Below are positions 28,578 through 38,204 of a stretch of DNA of 64,000 bases, in pieces. A program made the translations under genes and the position numbers. Every line of letters starts with the position of its first letter. Position 1 is the stretch's first letter. This stretch comes from an uncultured delta proteobacterium. Its GTDB lineage: Bacteria > Myxococcota > Myxococcia > Myxococcales > Anaeromyxobacteraceae. The stretch is from contig CAWFDF010000003.1 of assembly GCA_963814585.1 (NCBI GenBank), forward strand, positions 384,001 to 448,000, given 5' to 3'. The notes under the pieces were generated by a model, which was not told where the DNA came from, did not search any database, and saw only the letters and a list, made by a program, of their open reading frames with translations.

Positions 28578-29594
28578 ATGACCTCCCCGCGGCCCGGCCG
28601 GAGGCCCGGCGCCAGCCCCGAGCGCCGCGCCGGCGAGGACGCGCCGCCGGGCGCGCCCATCTTCGCCGCCTGCGCCCCCGGCCTCGAGCCGGTGCTGGCC
28701 GCGGAGCTGCGCGAGCTCGGCCTCGACGCCTCCGAGACCCCGGGCGGCGCCGACGTCCGCGGCGAGGACGCGGCGGCGCTCGTCTGCCTCGCCTCGCGCG
28801 TCGCCGAGACGGTCCGGATCCGCGTCTTCGACGGGAGGGGCGACGGCTTCGACGCCGCCCGCGCCGCGGCGCGGCGCCGCTTCGGCGAGGGCGCCGTCCT
28901 CCACGTCCGCCGGTCCAGCGGCCGCCTGTCGCTCTCGGTGGACGCGGCCGGCGAGCCGCTGCACCGCCGTGGCTGGCGCGCCCGCATCGGCGCGGCGCCG
29001 CTGCGCGAGACCCTGGCCGCCGCGCTGCTGCGGGTCGCCGGCTGGAACGGCGACCGCCCCTTCCTCGACCCCATGTGCGGCTCGGGCACGCTGGCCATCG
29101 AGGCGGCGCTCCTGGCGGCGCGGCGCGCCCCCGGCCTGGACCGGACCTTCGCCTTCGAGCGCTTCCCCGGCCACGACGCCCGCCGCACCGCCCGGCTCCG
29201 CGAGCGGCTCCGCGCCGAGGCCCGGCCGGTCACCGTCCCCATCCACGCCTCCGACCGGAACATGGGGGTGCTGCGGCTGGCCCAGAAGAACGCCGCCGCG
29301 GCCGGCGTCGAGGCGGTGGTGCGCTTCCAGCGGGCCGATGCCGCCACCGTCCTGCCGCCGCCCGGAGGCGCGGGGCTGTGCGCCGTCAACCCGCCCTTCG
29401 GCGTGCGGCTCGACGAGGACGCGGCCGGCGCCTGGCGCGCGCTCGGCCAGCTGGCGCTGCGCCTCCCCGGCTGGGCCCTGGTGGTGCTCGGTCCCGACCG
29501 TGGCCTGGAGCGGCTGCTGCCGCTCCCTCCGCGCCAGGCCATCCCCGTCCGCAACGGCGGGCTGGCTTGCCAGGTCCTCTCGTTCCAGCTCTGA
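28578..29594 (+). CDS. RlmL-like RNA methyltransferase with shortened THUMP region
   Basis: FAACAPGLE, PLHRRGWR, APLRETLAAA, LDPMCGSGTLAIEA, NPPFG. Confidence 0.85.
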   Translation: MTSPRPGRRPGASPERRAGEDAPPGAPIFAACAPGLEPVLAAELRELGLDASETPGGADVRGEDAAALVCLASRVAETVRIRVFDGRGDGFDAARAAARRRFGEGAVLHVRRSSGRLSLSVDAAGEPLHRRGWRARIGAAPLRETLAAALLRVAGWNGDRPFLDPMCGSGTLAIEAALLAARRAPGLDRTFAFERFPGHDARRTARLRERLRAEARPVTVPIHASDRNMGVLRLAQKNAAAAGVEAVVRFQRADAATVLPPPGGAGLCAVNPPFGVRLDEDAAGAWRALGQLALRLPGWALVVLGPDRGLERLLPLPPRQAIPVRNGGLACQVLSFQL

Positions 29595-29697
29595 TCCGCT
29601 GGCCTGGGCCGGCGTGCCGGGGACGGGCGGGCCGGCGCCGGCGGCGCGGATCCTCGATCGCCCAGGAGCCGATGGCGACCACCAGGGAGTCGTCCGA

Positions 29698-29907
29698 TCA
29701 GGACGCGGCCAGCTCCACCGGGTGCTCCACGCCTCCGGCCAGGTCCCGCACCAGGATGTTGCCGCGCGCCCTGATACCGGTGTCGGCGAGCTCCTCGCGG
29801 AACATCGCCACCGCCTCGCGCTCGTCCCAGGCGCGGACGTGGCCCGACAGGCGTCTGGTGCCGGTGACCAGGGTGCAGCGGTAGATCTTCTCGCGAGGCG
29901 TGGACAT
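29698..29907 (-). CDS. Small hypothetical protein (69 aa)
   Basis: ATG with upstream GGAAAGGGA, GC3-biased codons, fills the intergenic space. Confidence 0.6.
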   Translation of the reverse strand: MSTPREKIYRCTLVTGTRRLSGHVRAWDEREAVAMFREELADTGIRARGNILVRDLAGGVEHPVELAAS

Positions 29908-29947
29908 GGTCCCATCCCTTCCTGGCTGGAAGGTAGCCGAGAGCCGT

Positions 29948-29963
29948 GTGACGGCGAGGTGAC
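29948..29963 (-). promoter_or_regulatory. Pho-box-like GTCAC-N6-GTCAC upstream of the 69-aa gene
   Basis: Same 11-bp-period repeat as in the pho/pst cluster, about 40 bp upstream of ATG 29907. Confidence 0.45.
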
Positions 29964-30147
29964 GAGTCCGGAACGAATCCGTGCCTGGGCCCGGCCGAGC
30001 CGGAAGCCGTCCCGCTGACGAAGGGTGCCGGGACTCCGGTGCGCGGGAGACGGCCCAGGTGCCGGGCGGGCGTCCCCGGGCCCTTCACACGAAGTTCGCA
30101 CGCTGGCCCCGGTCCCGACACGCCGACCCGGTATCCAGGGTCCAGCG

Positions 30148-30750
30148 ATGGAAGCCAACCGAGAGCAGCACGTCGTCCAGCCGCTGGTGATGGCCGAACC
30201 GGCCACCGCCGCCGGTGCCGTCACGTTGCCGGCCGGAGCCTTCACCCGGCTGCTCGCCTGGGACCAGGCGACCCTCCTTGCGGCGCGCCGGTGGCGCACC
30301 CCGTGGCGGACCGTGGTGGCGCGCGCGCTCACCCGCGTCGGTGACGCGAGTGGCTGGACGCTGGTCGGGCTGGCCTTCTTCGCGACGTCCACGCCGCTCG
30401 GGACCGCGCTGGGGCTTCGGCTGGCCGTCGCCGCCGGCGTCGCCACCGCCCTGTCGCAGGCGCTGAAGCGGCTCCTCCAGCGCACCCGCCCGGATCTCGC
30501 CATCGCCGGTTTCGTCCCCGAGGCCGCCAATCCGGACCGCTTCAGCTTCCCGTCCGGCCACACCTGCGCCGCCTTCGCCGTGGCGCTGGCCTTCAGCGGC
30601 GCCCCTCTCGGCCTCGGGCCGCTGTTCCTCGCCCTGGCCGTCGGCATCGGCGCCTCGCGCGTCTACCTCGGCGCGCACTACCCGCTCGACGTGGCCGCCG
30701 GCGCCCTGCTCGGAGGCCTGGCCGGACTGGTGACGCACCTGCTCGCCTGA
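30148..30750 (+). CDS. PAP2-family membrane phosphatase
   Basis: KRLLQRTRP, SFPSGH and SRVYLGAHYPLDV. Confidence 0.92.
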   Translation: MEANREQHVVQPLVMAEPATAAGAVTLPAGAFTRLLAWDQATLLAARRWRTPWRTVVARALTRVGDASGWTLVGLAFFATSTPLGTALGLRLAVAAGVATALSQALKRLLQRTRPDLAIAGFVPEAANPDRFSFPSGHTCAAFAVALAFSGAPLGLGPLFLALAVGIGASRVYLGAHYPLDVAAGALLGGLAGLVTHLLA

Positions 30751-30768
30751 GCCGGCGTCGGACAGGCA

Positions 30769-30797
30769 CCCCCGGGCGTCGAGCCGACGCCCGGGGG
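30769..30797. terminator. Perfect 13-bp stem hairpin between convergent genes (possible terminator)
   Basis: CCCCCGGGCGTCG-AGC-CGACGCCCGGGGG; no U-tract. Confidence 0.45.
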
Positions 30798-30868
30798 CCT
30801 GGCCGGTCGGCCACGTCGGCGGCGGCCCGTCCGCACCCGGGGGAGGCCTCGGGGCCGCGCCGGATCGT

Positions 30869-31075
30869 TCAGTTGGCGGCGGTCACCGGCCTGGCCTCGG
30901 CCTTCTTGACCTCCACCTTGGTGGGCCGGTTCTCCGACTTCGCCGTGGCCACCTTGGCCGGAGCCGCCTTGGCGTCGCTCTCGGCGGTCTTCGACTTCAT
31001 CCCCTCGCAAGCGAGCGCGGGGGTGGCGAGGGCCACGACGGCGGCCGCGGCAGCGAGCTTGAGCGCGAGCTTCAT
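30869..31075 (-). CDS. Small secreted Lys/Ala-rich protein (68 aa)
   Basis: AAGGAG RBS; signal peptide MKLALKLAAAAAVVALATPALA. Confidence 0.7.
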   Translation of the reverse strand: MKLALKLAAAAAVVALATPALACEGMKSKTAESDAKAAPAKVATAKSENRPTKVEVKKAEARPVTAAN

Positions 31076-31373
31076 GGTCTGCTCCTTCGGTGCGACGCGC
31101 GTGCGCCCCGGGATGGGAGCGACCGGCGGTCGCCGGCGTCGAGACGCCGTGGAGAGGGCTTGTGGTCGGGTCCGCTCCTCCGCAACCTGGACGCCGGCCC
31201 CCCGACGGGGCGATCCCAGCCGCTTCGGGGGTATCGGATGCTGACGCTCCAAGGGGGAGCCGACGGGCGAAGCGTGGCGAGCCGGGGCTCCATGGCTCCC
31301 CTCAGGTGGCCCGTTGCCTGCGGCGGCGCTCGCTGCCAGGCCGAGCCGGGCCCTGGCCCGGCGAGGGGCGCCG

Positions 31374-32249
31374 TCAGGCGTCGTAGCGGATGTCGCCGGC
31401 GCCGGTCGCGTCATACCCCGGGATCGACCCGATCTCGGTTCGGAAGGGGCGTCCCTGAGCCACCTCGCAGAGCCGGACCACCCGGGTGTCGCCCAGATCG
31501 CGCGCCTTGACGATGAGACCGTAGGATTCGGTCGCCAGCGGCAGGAAGGCCAGCCCGGCGCGCTCGCCCCAGGCCCGGGACGCCAGGCCCACCTCGGCCT
31601 GGCCCGCCGCGACCGCGAGCACCACGTCCAGCTGCGAGTCGAGGGTGATGGCCTTCCTGTGGATCCTGGCCGCATCCAGGCCCGCCGCCCGGAGCGCGTC
31701 CTCGAGGTGGCCGCGGGTGCCGGCGCTGGGCGGGCGTGAGGCGAGGCGGCGCGTCGCCAGGTCCTTCAGACGGATCGGCCGCGCACCCTTCGGGGAGACG
31801 AGCCCGATCTCGCGCTGCACCAGGTGCACCCTTGCGACCCGCTCATCGCCCACGTGGCTCGGGAAGCTGCCTGCGTGGGCACCGGCCGCGAGCACGGCCC
31901 GGCAGCGGAGCAGGTCGATGGCGGTCCCGGTGTCGGCCTGGACGAGGCCGAGGAGTGGTGGCCCCGTGGCGCCGGCCATGCGGAGCAGCACCCGGATGAC
32001 CACGTCGCCATTGGCCGCCACCAGCGCGGGCGCCGGGTCGACGCCGGGGCCCGGTGCGCCCGCGGCCTCCTGGCCCTGGGCCGCGGCCGGCTTGCCGCCC
32101 GACCAGGCCAGCACGTCGTCGCGCGAGAAGCGCCACTCCAATCCGACGCGCCGCCCCGGCAGCCCCTTCTTGAGGAGGCGATAGACCTGCTTCGGGTGGA
32201 CCCGGAGGACCTCGGCCACCTCTTCGGTCGTGAGCAGCAGGTCGGACAT
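31374..32249 (-). CDS. Excisionase-type HTH + PBP-like (molybdate-binding-type) transcriptional regulator
   Basis: LLTTEEVAEVLRVHPKQVYRL..WRF; REIGLV, ASRPPSAGTR, VAAGQAEVGL, LAFLPLATESY, IPGYD. Confidence 0.85.
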   Translation of the reverse strand: MSDLLLTTEEVAEVLRVHPKQVYRLLKKGLPGRRVGLEWRFSRDDVLAWSGGKPAAAQGQEAAGAPGPGVDPAPALVAANGDVVIRVLLRMAGATGPPLLGLVQADTGTAIDLLRCRAVLAAGAHAGSFPSHVGDERVARVHLVQREIGLVSPKGARPIRLKDLATRRLASRPPSAGTRGHLEDALRAAGLDAARIHRKAITLDSQLDVVLAVAAGQAEVGLASRAWGERAGLAFLPLATESYGLIVKARDLGDTRVVRLCEVAQGRPFRTEIGSIPGYDATGAGDIRYDA

Positions 32250-32376
32250 GTGGCCAGGACTATACCCGGCGCCGCCTCGGGGCCGTGGCACGCCGGGTGA
32301 GCCTCGAGCCGGGCACGGCCCTGGACGCATCGCCGGCGGGGCGGGCACGACGTCCCTCATGGCTTCCGGTGTCGAT

Positions 32377-32423
32377 CCCAATGTTCCTGGTTGTTGCCCA
32401 ACCGTCCTGATAAGGAATTGACG
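32377..32423 (+). promoter_or_regulatory. CCCAA-N3-TCCTG direct repeat (20-bp period) followed by a TTGACG -35-like hexamer
   Basis: Copies at 32377-32389 and 32397-32409; TTGACG at 32418-32423; in the divergent regulator/porin intergenic region. Confidence 0.45.
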
Positions 32424-32478
32424 CCTTGATCTGCAGGACCCACTTCGGACAGCCACCCGCCCTCGAGGAGACACCATC

Positions 32479-33807
32479 ATGAAGCCCAGTCTGCGACACA
32501 CCGCCTCCGCCGCCCTCGCCGCGGCCCTCCTCCAGATCGCCCCGGCGGCGGCCCAGGAGGCCAGGGCCCAGCCCGTCCAGGCCGCCCCGCCGGCCGCGGC
32601 CGCCGCGGCGACCCCGGTCGCGGTCCCGGCGACCGACCCGGTCGAGGCCCGCCTCTCCGCCCTGGAGAAGAAGGCGGGCGAAGCGGTCCAGCCGGCCTTC
32701 CCGTCGGTGAAGCTCGGGGGCATCGTCCAGGCCGATGCCCGCCACTACCTCGACACCACCGACAACCGGCTCACCGACCTCTACCTGATCCGCCGGGCCC
32801 GGCTCATCGCCGACGCGGCCATCACGCCCAGCCTCTCGGCGCGCGTCCAGGTCGACGTGGCCGGCGGCGTGCTGCAGTTCCTCGACGGCTACGCCGACGC
32901 GCGGTGGATCCCCGGCGTCACCATCCGGGTCGGCAAGTTCACGCCCCCGGTCGGCTACGAGCGGCTCATCTCCACCGCCTCCCTGCCCTTCATCGAGTAC
33001 GCCCAGACCAGCAACCTGGTCCCCAACCGCGACGTCGGCTTGCAGGTTTCCGGCGACGCCACCAGGTACCTGAGCTGGGCCATCGGAATCTTCGACGGCG
33101 TGGCCGACGGCTTCAACAACGACGTGGACGCCTCGGACGGCAAGGACGGGGTGGCCCGCCTGGCGGTGAAGCCGCTCGACGGCCTGACCATCCACCTGGC
33201 CGGCAGCTACGGCAACCGCGCCGGCACGGCGGCGGCGCCCCTGCTCCCCACCTACCGCTCCGAGGCCCAGGCGGTCGTCTACTTCCGGTACAACGCCACC
33301 GCCGCGGCCGTCGGGACGCAATCCCGCGCCACCGCCGCCGCCTCGTACTACCTGGGGAGCCTGGGGCTGCTCGGCGAGTACGTCGCCTCGCGCCAGCGCG
33401 TCGTCAACACCACCACCGCCGCGCCGGCGGTGGTCACGGAGGCCACCCCCACCAACGCGGCCTGGCAGGTGGCCGCCTCCTGGGTGCTCACCGGCGAGAA
33501 GAACGGGGAGGGCGCGATGAAGCCGGCCCGCTCGCTCGAGCAGGGCGGCCTCGGCGCGTTCCGGGTCAGGGCCCGCTATCAGGAGCTCGACGTGGACGAC
33601 GTGCTCTTCGCCGGCAACGTCTTCGCCAACGCCTCCACCTCGGCCAGCAAGGCCTCCGGCTTCAACGTCGGGCTCGACTGGTGGCCGGTCACGCCCTTCC
33701 GCTTCCATCTCGAGTACTCGCAGACCGACTTCAAGGGAGGAGCCGCCGCCGGCGCCGACAAGCCCTCCGAGAAGGCGATCCTGACCCGGTTCCAGGCGGC
33801 ATTCTGA
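32479..33807 (+). CDS. OprO/OprP-family anion-selective porin
   Basis: Signal peptide; GGIVQAD, IRRARL, RVGKF..PVGYE, LVPNRDVG; C-terminal TRFQAAF. Confidence 0.88.
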   Translation: MKPSLRHTASAALAAALLQIAPAAAQEARAQPVQAAPPAAAAAATPVAVPATDPVEARLSALEKKAGEAVQPAFPSVKLGGIVQADARHYLDTTDNRLTDLYLIRRARLIADAAITPSLSARVQVDVAGGVLQFLDGYADARWIPGVTIRVGKFTPPVGYERLISTASLPFIEYAQTSNLVPNRDVGLQVSGDATRYLSWAIGIFDGVADGFNNDVDASDGKDGVARLAVKPLDGLTIHLAGSYGNRAGTAAAPLLPTYRSEAQAVVYFRYNATAAAVGTQSRATAAASYYLGSLGLLGEYVASRQRVVNTTTAAPAVVTEATPTNAAWQVAASWVLTGEKNGEGAMKPARSLEQGGLGAFRVRARYQELDVDDVLFAGNVFANASTSASKASGFNVGLDWWPVTPFRFHLEYSQTDFKGGAAAGADKPSEKAILTRFQAAF

Positions 33808-33829
33808 GCTGCTGACCGCCCGGCCGCCA

Positions 33830-34507
33830 TCAAGCCTTGCTCCGGGCGTGGCGCACGTCGGTGCCGCGCACCATGAAGATGACCATCTCGGCCAGGTTGG
33901 TGGCGTGGTCGCCGAACCGCTCCAGGTGCTTGGCGGAGAACATGAGCGAGGTGGCGCGCCGGATGCTGCGCGGGTCCTCCATCATGCTGGTGAGCAGGTG
34001 GTTGAAGATCTTCAGGTAGAGGGCGTCGAGGTGATCGTCGGCCTCGAGCACCTCCTCGGCCTTGGCCGGATCGGCGGTGACGAAGGCGTCGAGCGCCTTG
34101 GCCAGCGCCGCCTCGCTCAGGGCCGCCAGCCGCCCCAGGTCGTGCAGCGGCTGGAGCGCCGGCGCCTGGGCCAGGTCGATGGCCCGCCGGGCGATGTTGA
34201 CGGCCAGGTCGCCCATCCGCTCCAGGTCGGTGACGATCTTGAGGGCGGTGGTGATGAACCGGAGGTCGCTGGCGGCGGGCTGGCGGAGGGCCAGGATGCG
34301 CCGGCAGGCGCCGTCGATCTCCACCTCCATCCGGTTGACGGTCCTGTCCTTGCGGATCACCTGCTCGGCCAGCGCGGCGTCGCGCTCGACGATGGCGCGA
34401 ACGCTGTCCGCGATGGCCGCCTCGACGAGGCCGCCCATCTCCAGCAGCCGCTCGCGCAGCGCGGTGAGCTCGGCCTCGTACGACTTGTCGATGTGGGTCT
34501 TGACCAT
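33830..34507 (-). CDS. phoU: Phosphate signalling protein PhoU
   Basis: LRQPAASDLR, DLERMGDLAVNIA, LERFGDHATNLAE. Confidence 0.96.
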   Translation of the reverse strand: MVKTHIDKSYEAELTALRERLLEMGGLVEAAIADSVRAIVERDAALAEQVIRKDRTVNRMEVEIDGACRRILALRQPAASDLRFITTALKIVTDLERMGDLAVNIARRAIDLAQAPALQPLHDLGRLAALSEAALAKALDAFVTADPAKAEEVLEADDHLDALYLKIFNHLLTSMMEDPRSIRRATSLMFSAKHLERFGDHATNLAEMVIFMVRGTDVRHARSKA

Positions 34508-34533
34508 CGCTCTCCCCTTTCCCCGGCGCGACA

Positions 34534-35316
34534 CTAGCCGAACTTGCCGGTGACGTAGTCCTCGGTCCTCGGCTCGCGCGGGTTGGTGAAGATCTGCTCG
34601 GTGGAGCCCACCTCGACCAGCTCGCCCATGTAGAAGAAGGCGGTCTGGTCGGAGACGCGGGCCGCCTGCTGCATGTTGTGGGTGACGATGACGATGGTGT
34701 AGCGGGCCTTGAGCTCGTGGATCAGGTCCTCGATCTTGGCGGTGGCGATGGGGTCGAGGGCCGAGGCCGGCTCGTCCATCAGCAGCACCTCGGGCTGGAC
34801 CGCCAGCGCCCGGGCGATGCAGAGCCGCTGCTGCTGGCCGCCGGAGAGGCCCAGCGCGCTCTCGTGGAGCCGGTCCTTCACCTCGTCCCAGAGGGCGGCC
34901 CCCTGCAGCGATCGGATCACCCGCTCCAGCAGCAGCGCCCGATCGTTGAGCCCGCCCACCCGCAGGCCGTAGGCCACGTTCTCGAAGATCGACTTCGGGA
35001 ACGGGTTCGACTTCTGGAAGACCATCCCCACCCGCCGCCGCAGCTCCACCACGTCGAGCCGGCCGTCGACCACGCTCACGCCGTCCAGCAGCACCTCGCC
35101 CTTCATGGTGGCGCCGGGGATCAGGTCGTTCATCCGGTTGAGGGCGCGCAGGAAGGTCGACTTGCCGCAGCCCGAGGGTCCGATCAGGGCGGTGACCTGC
35201 TTCTCGGGGAGGACCAGGTCCACGTCCTTCACGGCGACCTTCTCGCCGTAGGCGACCTGCAGCTTCCTCGCCTCCATCTTGGGGCGAGACGTCGGGGCGG
35301 TGGCTTCCGGGCTCAT
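34534..35316 (-). CDS. pstB: Phosphate ABC transporter ATPase PstB
   Basis: [43 protein letters not shown]. Confidence 0.97.
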   Translation of the reverse strand: MSPEATAPTSRPKMEARKLQVAYGEKVAVKDVDLVLPEKQVTALIGPSGCGKSTFLRALNRMNDLIPGATMKGEVLLDGVSVVDGRLDVVELRRRVGMVFQKSNPFPKSIFENVAYGLRVGGLNDRALLLERVIRSLQGAALWDEVKDRLHESALGLSGGQQQRLCIARALAVQPEVLLMDEPASALDPIATAKIEDLIHELKARYTIVIVTHNMQQAARVSDQTAFFYMGELVEVGSTEQIFTNPREPRTEDYVTGKFG

Positions 35317-35320
35317 GGGC

Positions 35321-36235
35321 TCAGTGTCCGGCGACGGCGGCGCGGCGGGTCCGCGCGCGCAGCACGATGGCGATCAGGTTGAGGAGGAAGGTCAGGGAGA
35401 GGAGCACCAGGACGGTGGCGTAGAGGAGCGGCTTGGTGGCCTCCACGTCGGTCGACTGGGTCGCCAGCACGTAGACGTGGTAGCCGAGGTGCATGAACTG
35501 GCTGAAGGCGCCGCTGGGGAGGTCGGGGAGGAAGTAGGCCACGCCGGTGAAGAGGATGGGGGCCACCTCGCCGGCCCCGCGGGCCACCGCCAGGATGGCG
35601 CCGGTGAGGATGCCGGGGACGGCGCTCGGCAGGATGACCCGGGCCAGGGTCTGCGACCTGGTGGCGCCCAGGGCCAGCGAGGCGTCGCGCCAGTCGCGCG
35701 GCACCGCCCGCAGCGCCTCCTCGGTGGAGACGATCACCACCGGCAGGGTCAGCACCGCCAGCGTCAGCGCCGCCCAGATCAGGGCAGGCTGGCCATAGCG
35801 GAGCGCCCCCTCGGCCGTGAGGGCCCGGTCCATGGAGCGCCCCACGAACTGGATGAAGAAGCCGAGGCCGAAGAGGCCGAAGACGATGGAGGGGACGCCG
35901 GCCAGGTTCTGCACCGCCACCCGCACCGCCCCGGCGAGGCGGGAGTCCCTGGGCGCGTACTCGTGCAGGTAGACCGCGGTCAGCACGCCGACCGGCATCA
36001 CCGCCACGGTCATGAGCAGGGTCAGGATGGCGGTGCCGTAGATGGCCGGGAAGATCCCGCCCTCGGTCATCCCCTCGCTCGGGGCCTGGGTGACGAACTC
36101 GAGCGAGAGGCGCGACCAGCCGCCCGCCACCACGTCGACGAGGATGAAGGCGAGCATGGCCACGACCAGGAGCGCGGCGGCGCCGGTCAGGCCGGCCAGC
36201 CCGGCGCCCACCCACTTGCGGGCGGCGAGCCTCAC
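35321..36235 (-). CDS. pstA: Phosphate ABC transporter permease PstA
   Basis: [33 protein letters not shown]. Confidence 0.96.
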   Translation of the reverse strand: MRLAARKWVGAGLAGLTGAAALLVVAMLAFILVDVVAGGWSRLSLEFVTQAPSEGMTEGGIFPAIYGTAILTLLMTVAVMPVGVLTAVYLHEYAPRDSRLAGAVRVAVQNLAGVPSIVFGLFGLGFFIQFVGRSMDRALTAEGALRYGQPALIWAALTLAVLTLPVVIVSTEEALRAVPRDWRDASLALGATRSQTLARVILPSAVPGILTGAILAVARGAGEVAPILFTGVAYFLPDLPSGAFSQFMHLGYHVYVLATQSTDVEATKPLLYATVLVLLSLTFLLNLIAIVLRARTRRAAVAGH

Positions 36236-37227
36236 GCCGCGGCCCCGGACATGCGGCGCACCAGGCGGCGCACCACCACGGCCGCCAGGCTGTTGAGGAC
36301 GAAGGTGAAGACGAAGAGCTCGACGCCGATGAAGAAGAGGACCGCGTAGTGGCCGCCGCCGACCACCACCTCGCCCATCTCGGCCGCGACGGTGGCAGGC
36401 AGCGTCCGGATCGAGTCGCCGAAGGACCAGGTGGTGGTGGCGGCGTTGCCCGACGCCATCAGCACGATCATGGTCTCGCCGATGGCCCGGCCGAAGCCGA
36501 GCACCACCGCCGCCAGCACGCCCGGGGCGGCGGCTGGCAGCACCACGCGGAAGGCGGTCTCCCAGCGGGTGGCCCCCAGCGCCAGCGAGGCCTCCCGGAA
36601 GGCGCGCGGCACCGCGGTGAGGGCGTCCTCGCTCACGGTGTAGACGACCGGGATGATGGTGAGGGCCAGCGCCAGGCCGGCGCCCACCGCGTTGAGGCGC
36701 GACGTGAAGCCGAAGGCCGCTTGCAGCCAGGAGGCGAGCACCACCAGGGCGAAGAAGCCGAGCACCACCGAGGGGATGCCGGCCAGCAGCTCGATGACCG
36801 GCTTGAGCACCTCGCGCAGCCGCGGCGGCGCGAACTCGGATGAGAACACCGCCGAGGCGATGCCGACCGGGACCGCCACCAGCATGGCCACCGTGGTGAC
36901 CTTCAGGGTGCCGACGAAGAGCGGGATCATCGAGTACTTGGGGATGTCCCCCACCGGCTGCCAGGTGAACGAGGCGGGGCGGCCGGCGCGCCAGACCTGG
37001 GGCAGGAACATCCGGGCCAGGTCGGTCTCCTTGGCCACCTCGGGGTCGCTGAGGAGCGGGAGCGCCTCGCGCGCCACGAAGACGAAGATGAGGACCACGG
37101 CGGCGATCCCGGTGAGGGCCACGAGCGTGATGCCGAGCTCGATGGCCGCCTCCTGGAACCGCCGCCGCCGGGCCGCCGCGGCCGGGGAGGCCGCGCGCGG
37201 CGGTGGGATGGTCGTCGTGGCCGTCAC
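36232..37227 (-). CDS. pstC: Phosphate ABC transporter permease PstC
   Basis: ELLAGIPSVVLG, GRAIGETMIVLMASGN. Start uncertain (GTG 37227 or ATG 37272). Confidence 0.95.
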   Translation of the reverse strand: MTATTTIPPPRAASPAAAARRRRFQEAAIELGITLVALTGIAAVVLIFVFVAREALPLLSDPEVAKETDLARMFLPQVWRAGRPASFTWQPVGDIPKYSMIPLFVGTLKVTTVAMLVAVPVGIASAVFSSEFAPPRLREVLKPVIELLAGIPSVVLGFFALVVLASWLQAAFGFTSRLNAVGAGLALALTIIPVVYTVSEDALTAVPRAFREASLALGATRWETAFRVVLPAAAPGVLAAVVLGFGRAIGETMIVLMASGNAATTTWSFGDSIRTLPATVAAEMGEVVVGGGHYAVLFFIGVELFVFTFVLNSLAAVVVRRLVRRMSGAAA

Positions 37228-37270
37228 GGCTGCGGATCTCTCAGGTCCAGATGTCGGACCCGTGGCGGCC

Positions 37271-37297
37271 ATGTGACGGACGGGTGACGCCGTCACC
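37271..37297 (-). promoter_or_regulatory. Composite Pho box upstream of pstC
   Basis: Minus strand GGTGACGGCGTCACCCGTCCGTCACAT; overlaps the pstS stop codon. Confidence 0.6.
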
Positions 37298-38111
37298 TGA
37301 CCGGGAAGTAGCCCACCTGGGTGACGATCGCCTGGCCCTCCGCGGAGAGGCAGTAGTCGATGAACTCCTTCGCCTCGCCGCCCGGCGTGCCGCGCGTGTA
37401 CATGAAGAGCGGCCGGGAGAGCGGGTACTTGCCGGACTTCACGTTCTCGGCGGAGGGGGCGTAGCCCTGCCCGTCCTGGCCGACCACCTTGACCTCCTTG
37501 ACGCCCTTGGCGTAGGCGGCGCCGCCGTAGCCGATGCCCTTCGTCTCCTTCGACACGGCGTTGACCACCGCAGCCGTACCCGGAAGGGTCTGGGCGCTGG
37601 CGGCGAAGTCCTCTCCCTTGAGGACGTTGTCCTTGAAGAAGACGTAGGTTCCGGAGGAGTTCTCGCGGGAGTAGGGGACGATGGGGGCGTCGGCGCCGCC
37701 GACCGCCTTCCAGTTGGTCACGTCGCCCTGGTAGATGGCCCGGAGCTGGGCCAGCGTCAGCTGGGTGACGCCGTTCGACTCGTGCACGTAGACGGCGAGC
37801 CCGTCCCTGGCGACCGGGATCTCCGAGGGCAGGACGTTGAAGCGGTCCCGGACCTTGGCCTTCTCGTCGCCCTTCATGGGGCGCGAGGCGTTGGCGATCT
37901 CGGTGGTGCCATTGATGAGCGCGGCGATGCCGGTGCCGGAGCCGCCGCCGGTCACCTGGACCTTCTTGCCGGCGTTCTTCTTCATGTAGTTCTCGGCCCA
38001 GCGCTGGGCCAGGATGACCATGGTGTCGGAGCCCTTGACGGTGACGGCGGCCTGCGAGACGGCCGGCGCCAGGGCGATGGCGGTGAGGACAGCGAGTGCG
38101 ATGCGCTTCAT
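37293..38111 (-). CDS. pstS: Phosphate-binding protein PstS
   Basis: Signal peptide; VKGSDTM, GGGSGTG, IANASR, SRENSSGT, YPLSRPLF. Confidence 0.96.
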   Translation of the reverse strand: MKRIALAVLTAIALAPAVSQAAVTVKGSDTMVILAQRWAENYMKKNAGKKVQVTGGGSGTGIAALINGTTEIANASRPMKGDEKAKVRDRFNVLPSEIPVARDGLAVYVHESNGVTQLTLAQLRAIYQGDVTNWKAVGGADAPIVPYSRENSSGTYVFFKDNVLKGEDFAASAQTLPGTAAVVNAVSKETKGIGYGGAAYAKGVKEVKVVGQDGQGYAPSAENVKSGKYPLSRPLFMYTRGTPGGEAKEFIDYCLSAEGQAIVTQVGYFPVR

Positions 38112-38151
38112 GGGCGTTCTCTCCTTCATGTACCGAATGTAGTGGTGGATG

Positions 38152-38198
38152 GTGACGTGACCGCGTCCGGCCTGTGACGTTCCCGTGACCTCGTCACC
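38152..38198 (-). promoter_or_regulatory. Composite Pho box upstream of pstS
   Basis: Minus strand GGTGACGAGGTCACGGGAACGTCAC, with a further in-phase GTCAC 22 bp on. Confidence 0.65.
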
Positions 38199-38204
38199 TG
38201 GCGT

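Noticed and set aside
29980..30062. Long GC-rich hairpin containing CTGACGA (hammerhead-core-like)
   Set aside because: No matching GAAA core strand or three-way junction; the pairing is explicable by GC content.
31072..31293. 73-aa ORF with a good RBS overlapping the next start (ATGA)
   Set aside because: Arg/Pro/Ser-rich translation with weak codon bias; cannot be supported as coding, though a leader ORF is not excluded.
32100..32249. Excisionase-like HTH as evidence of a prophage or ICE
   Set aside because: It is fused to a PBP-like sensor domain (a regulator architecture), and no integrase or phage genes occur in the window.
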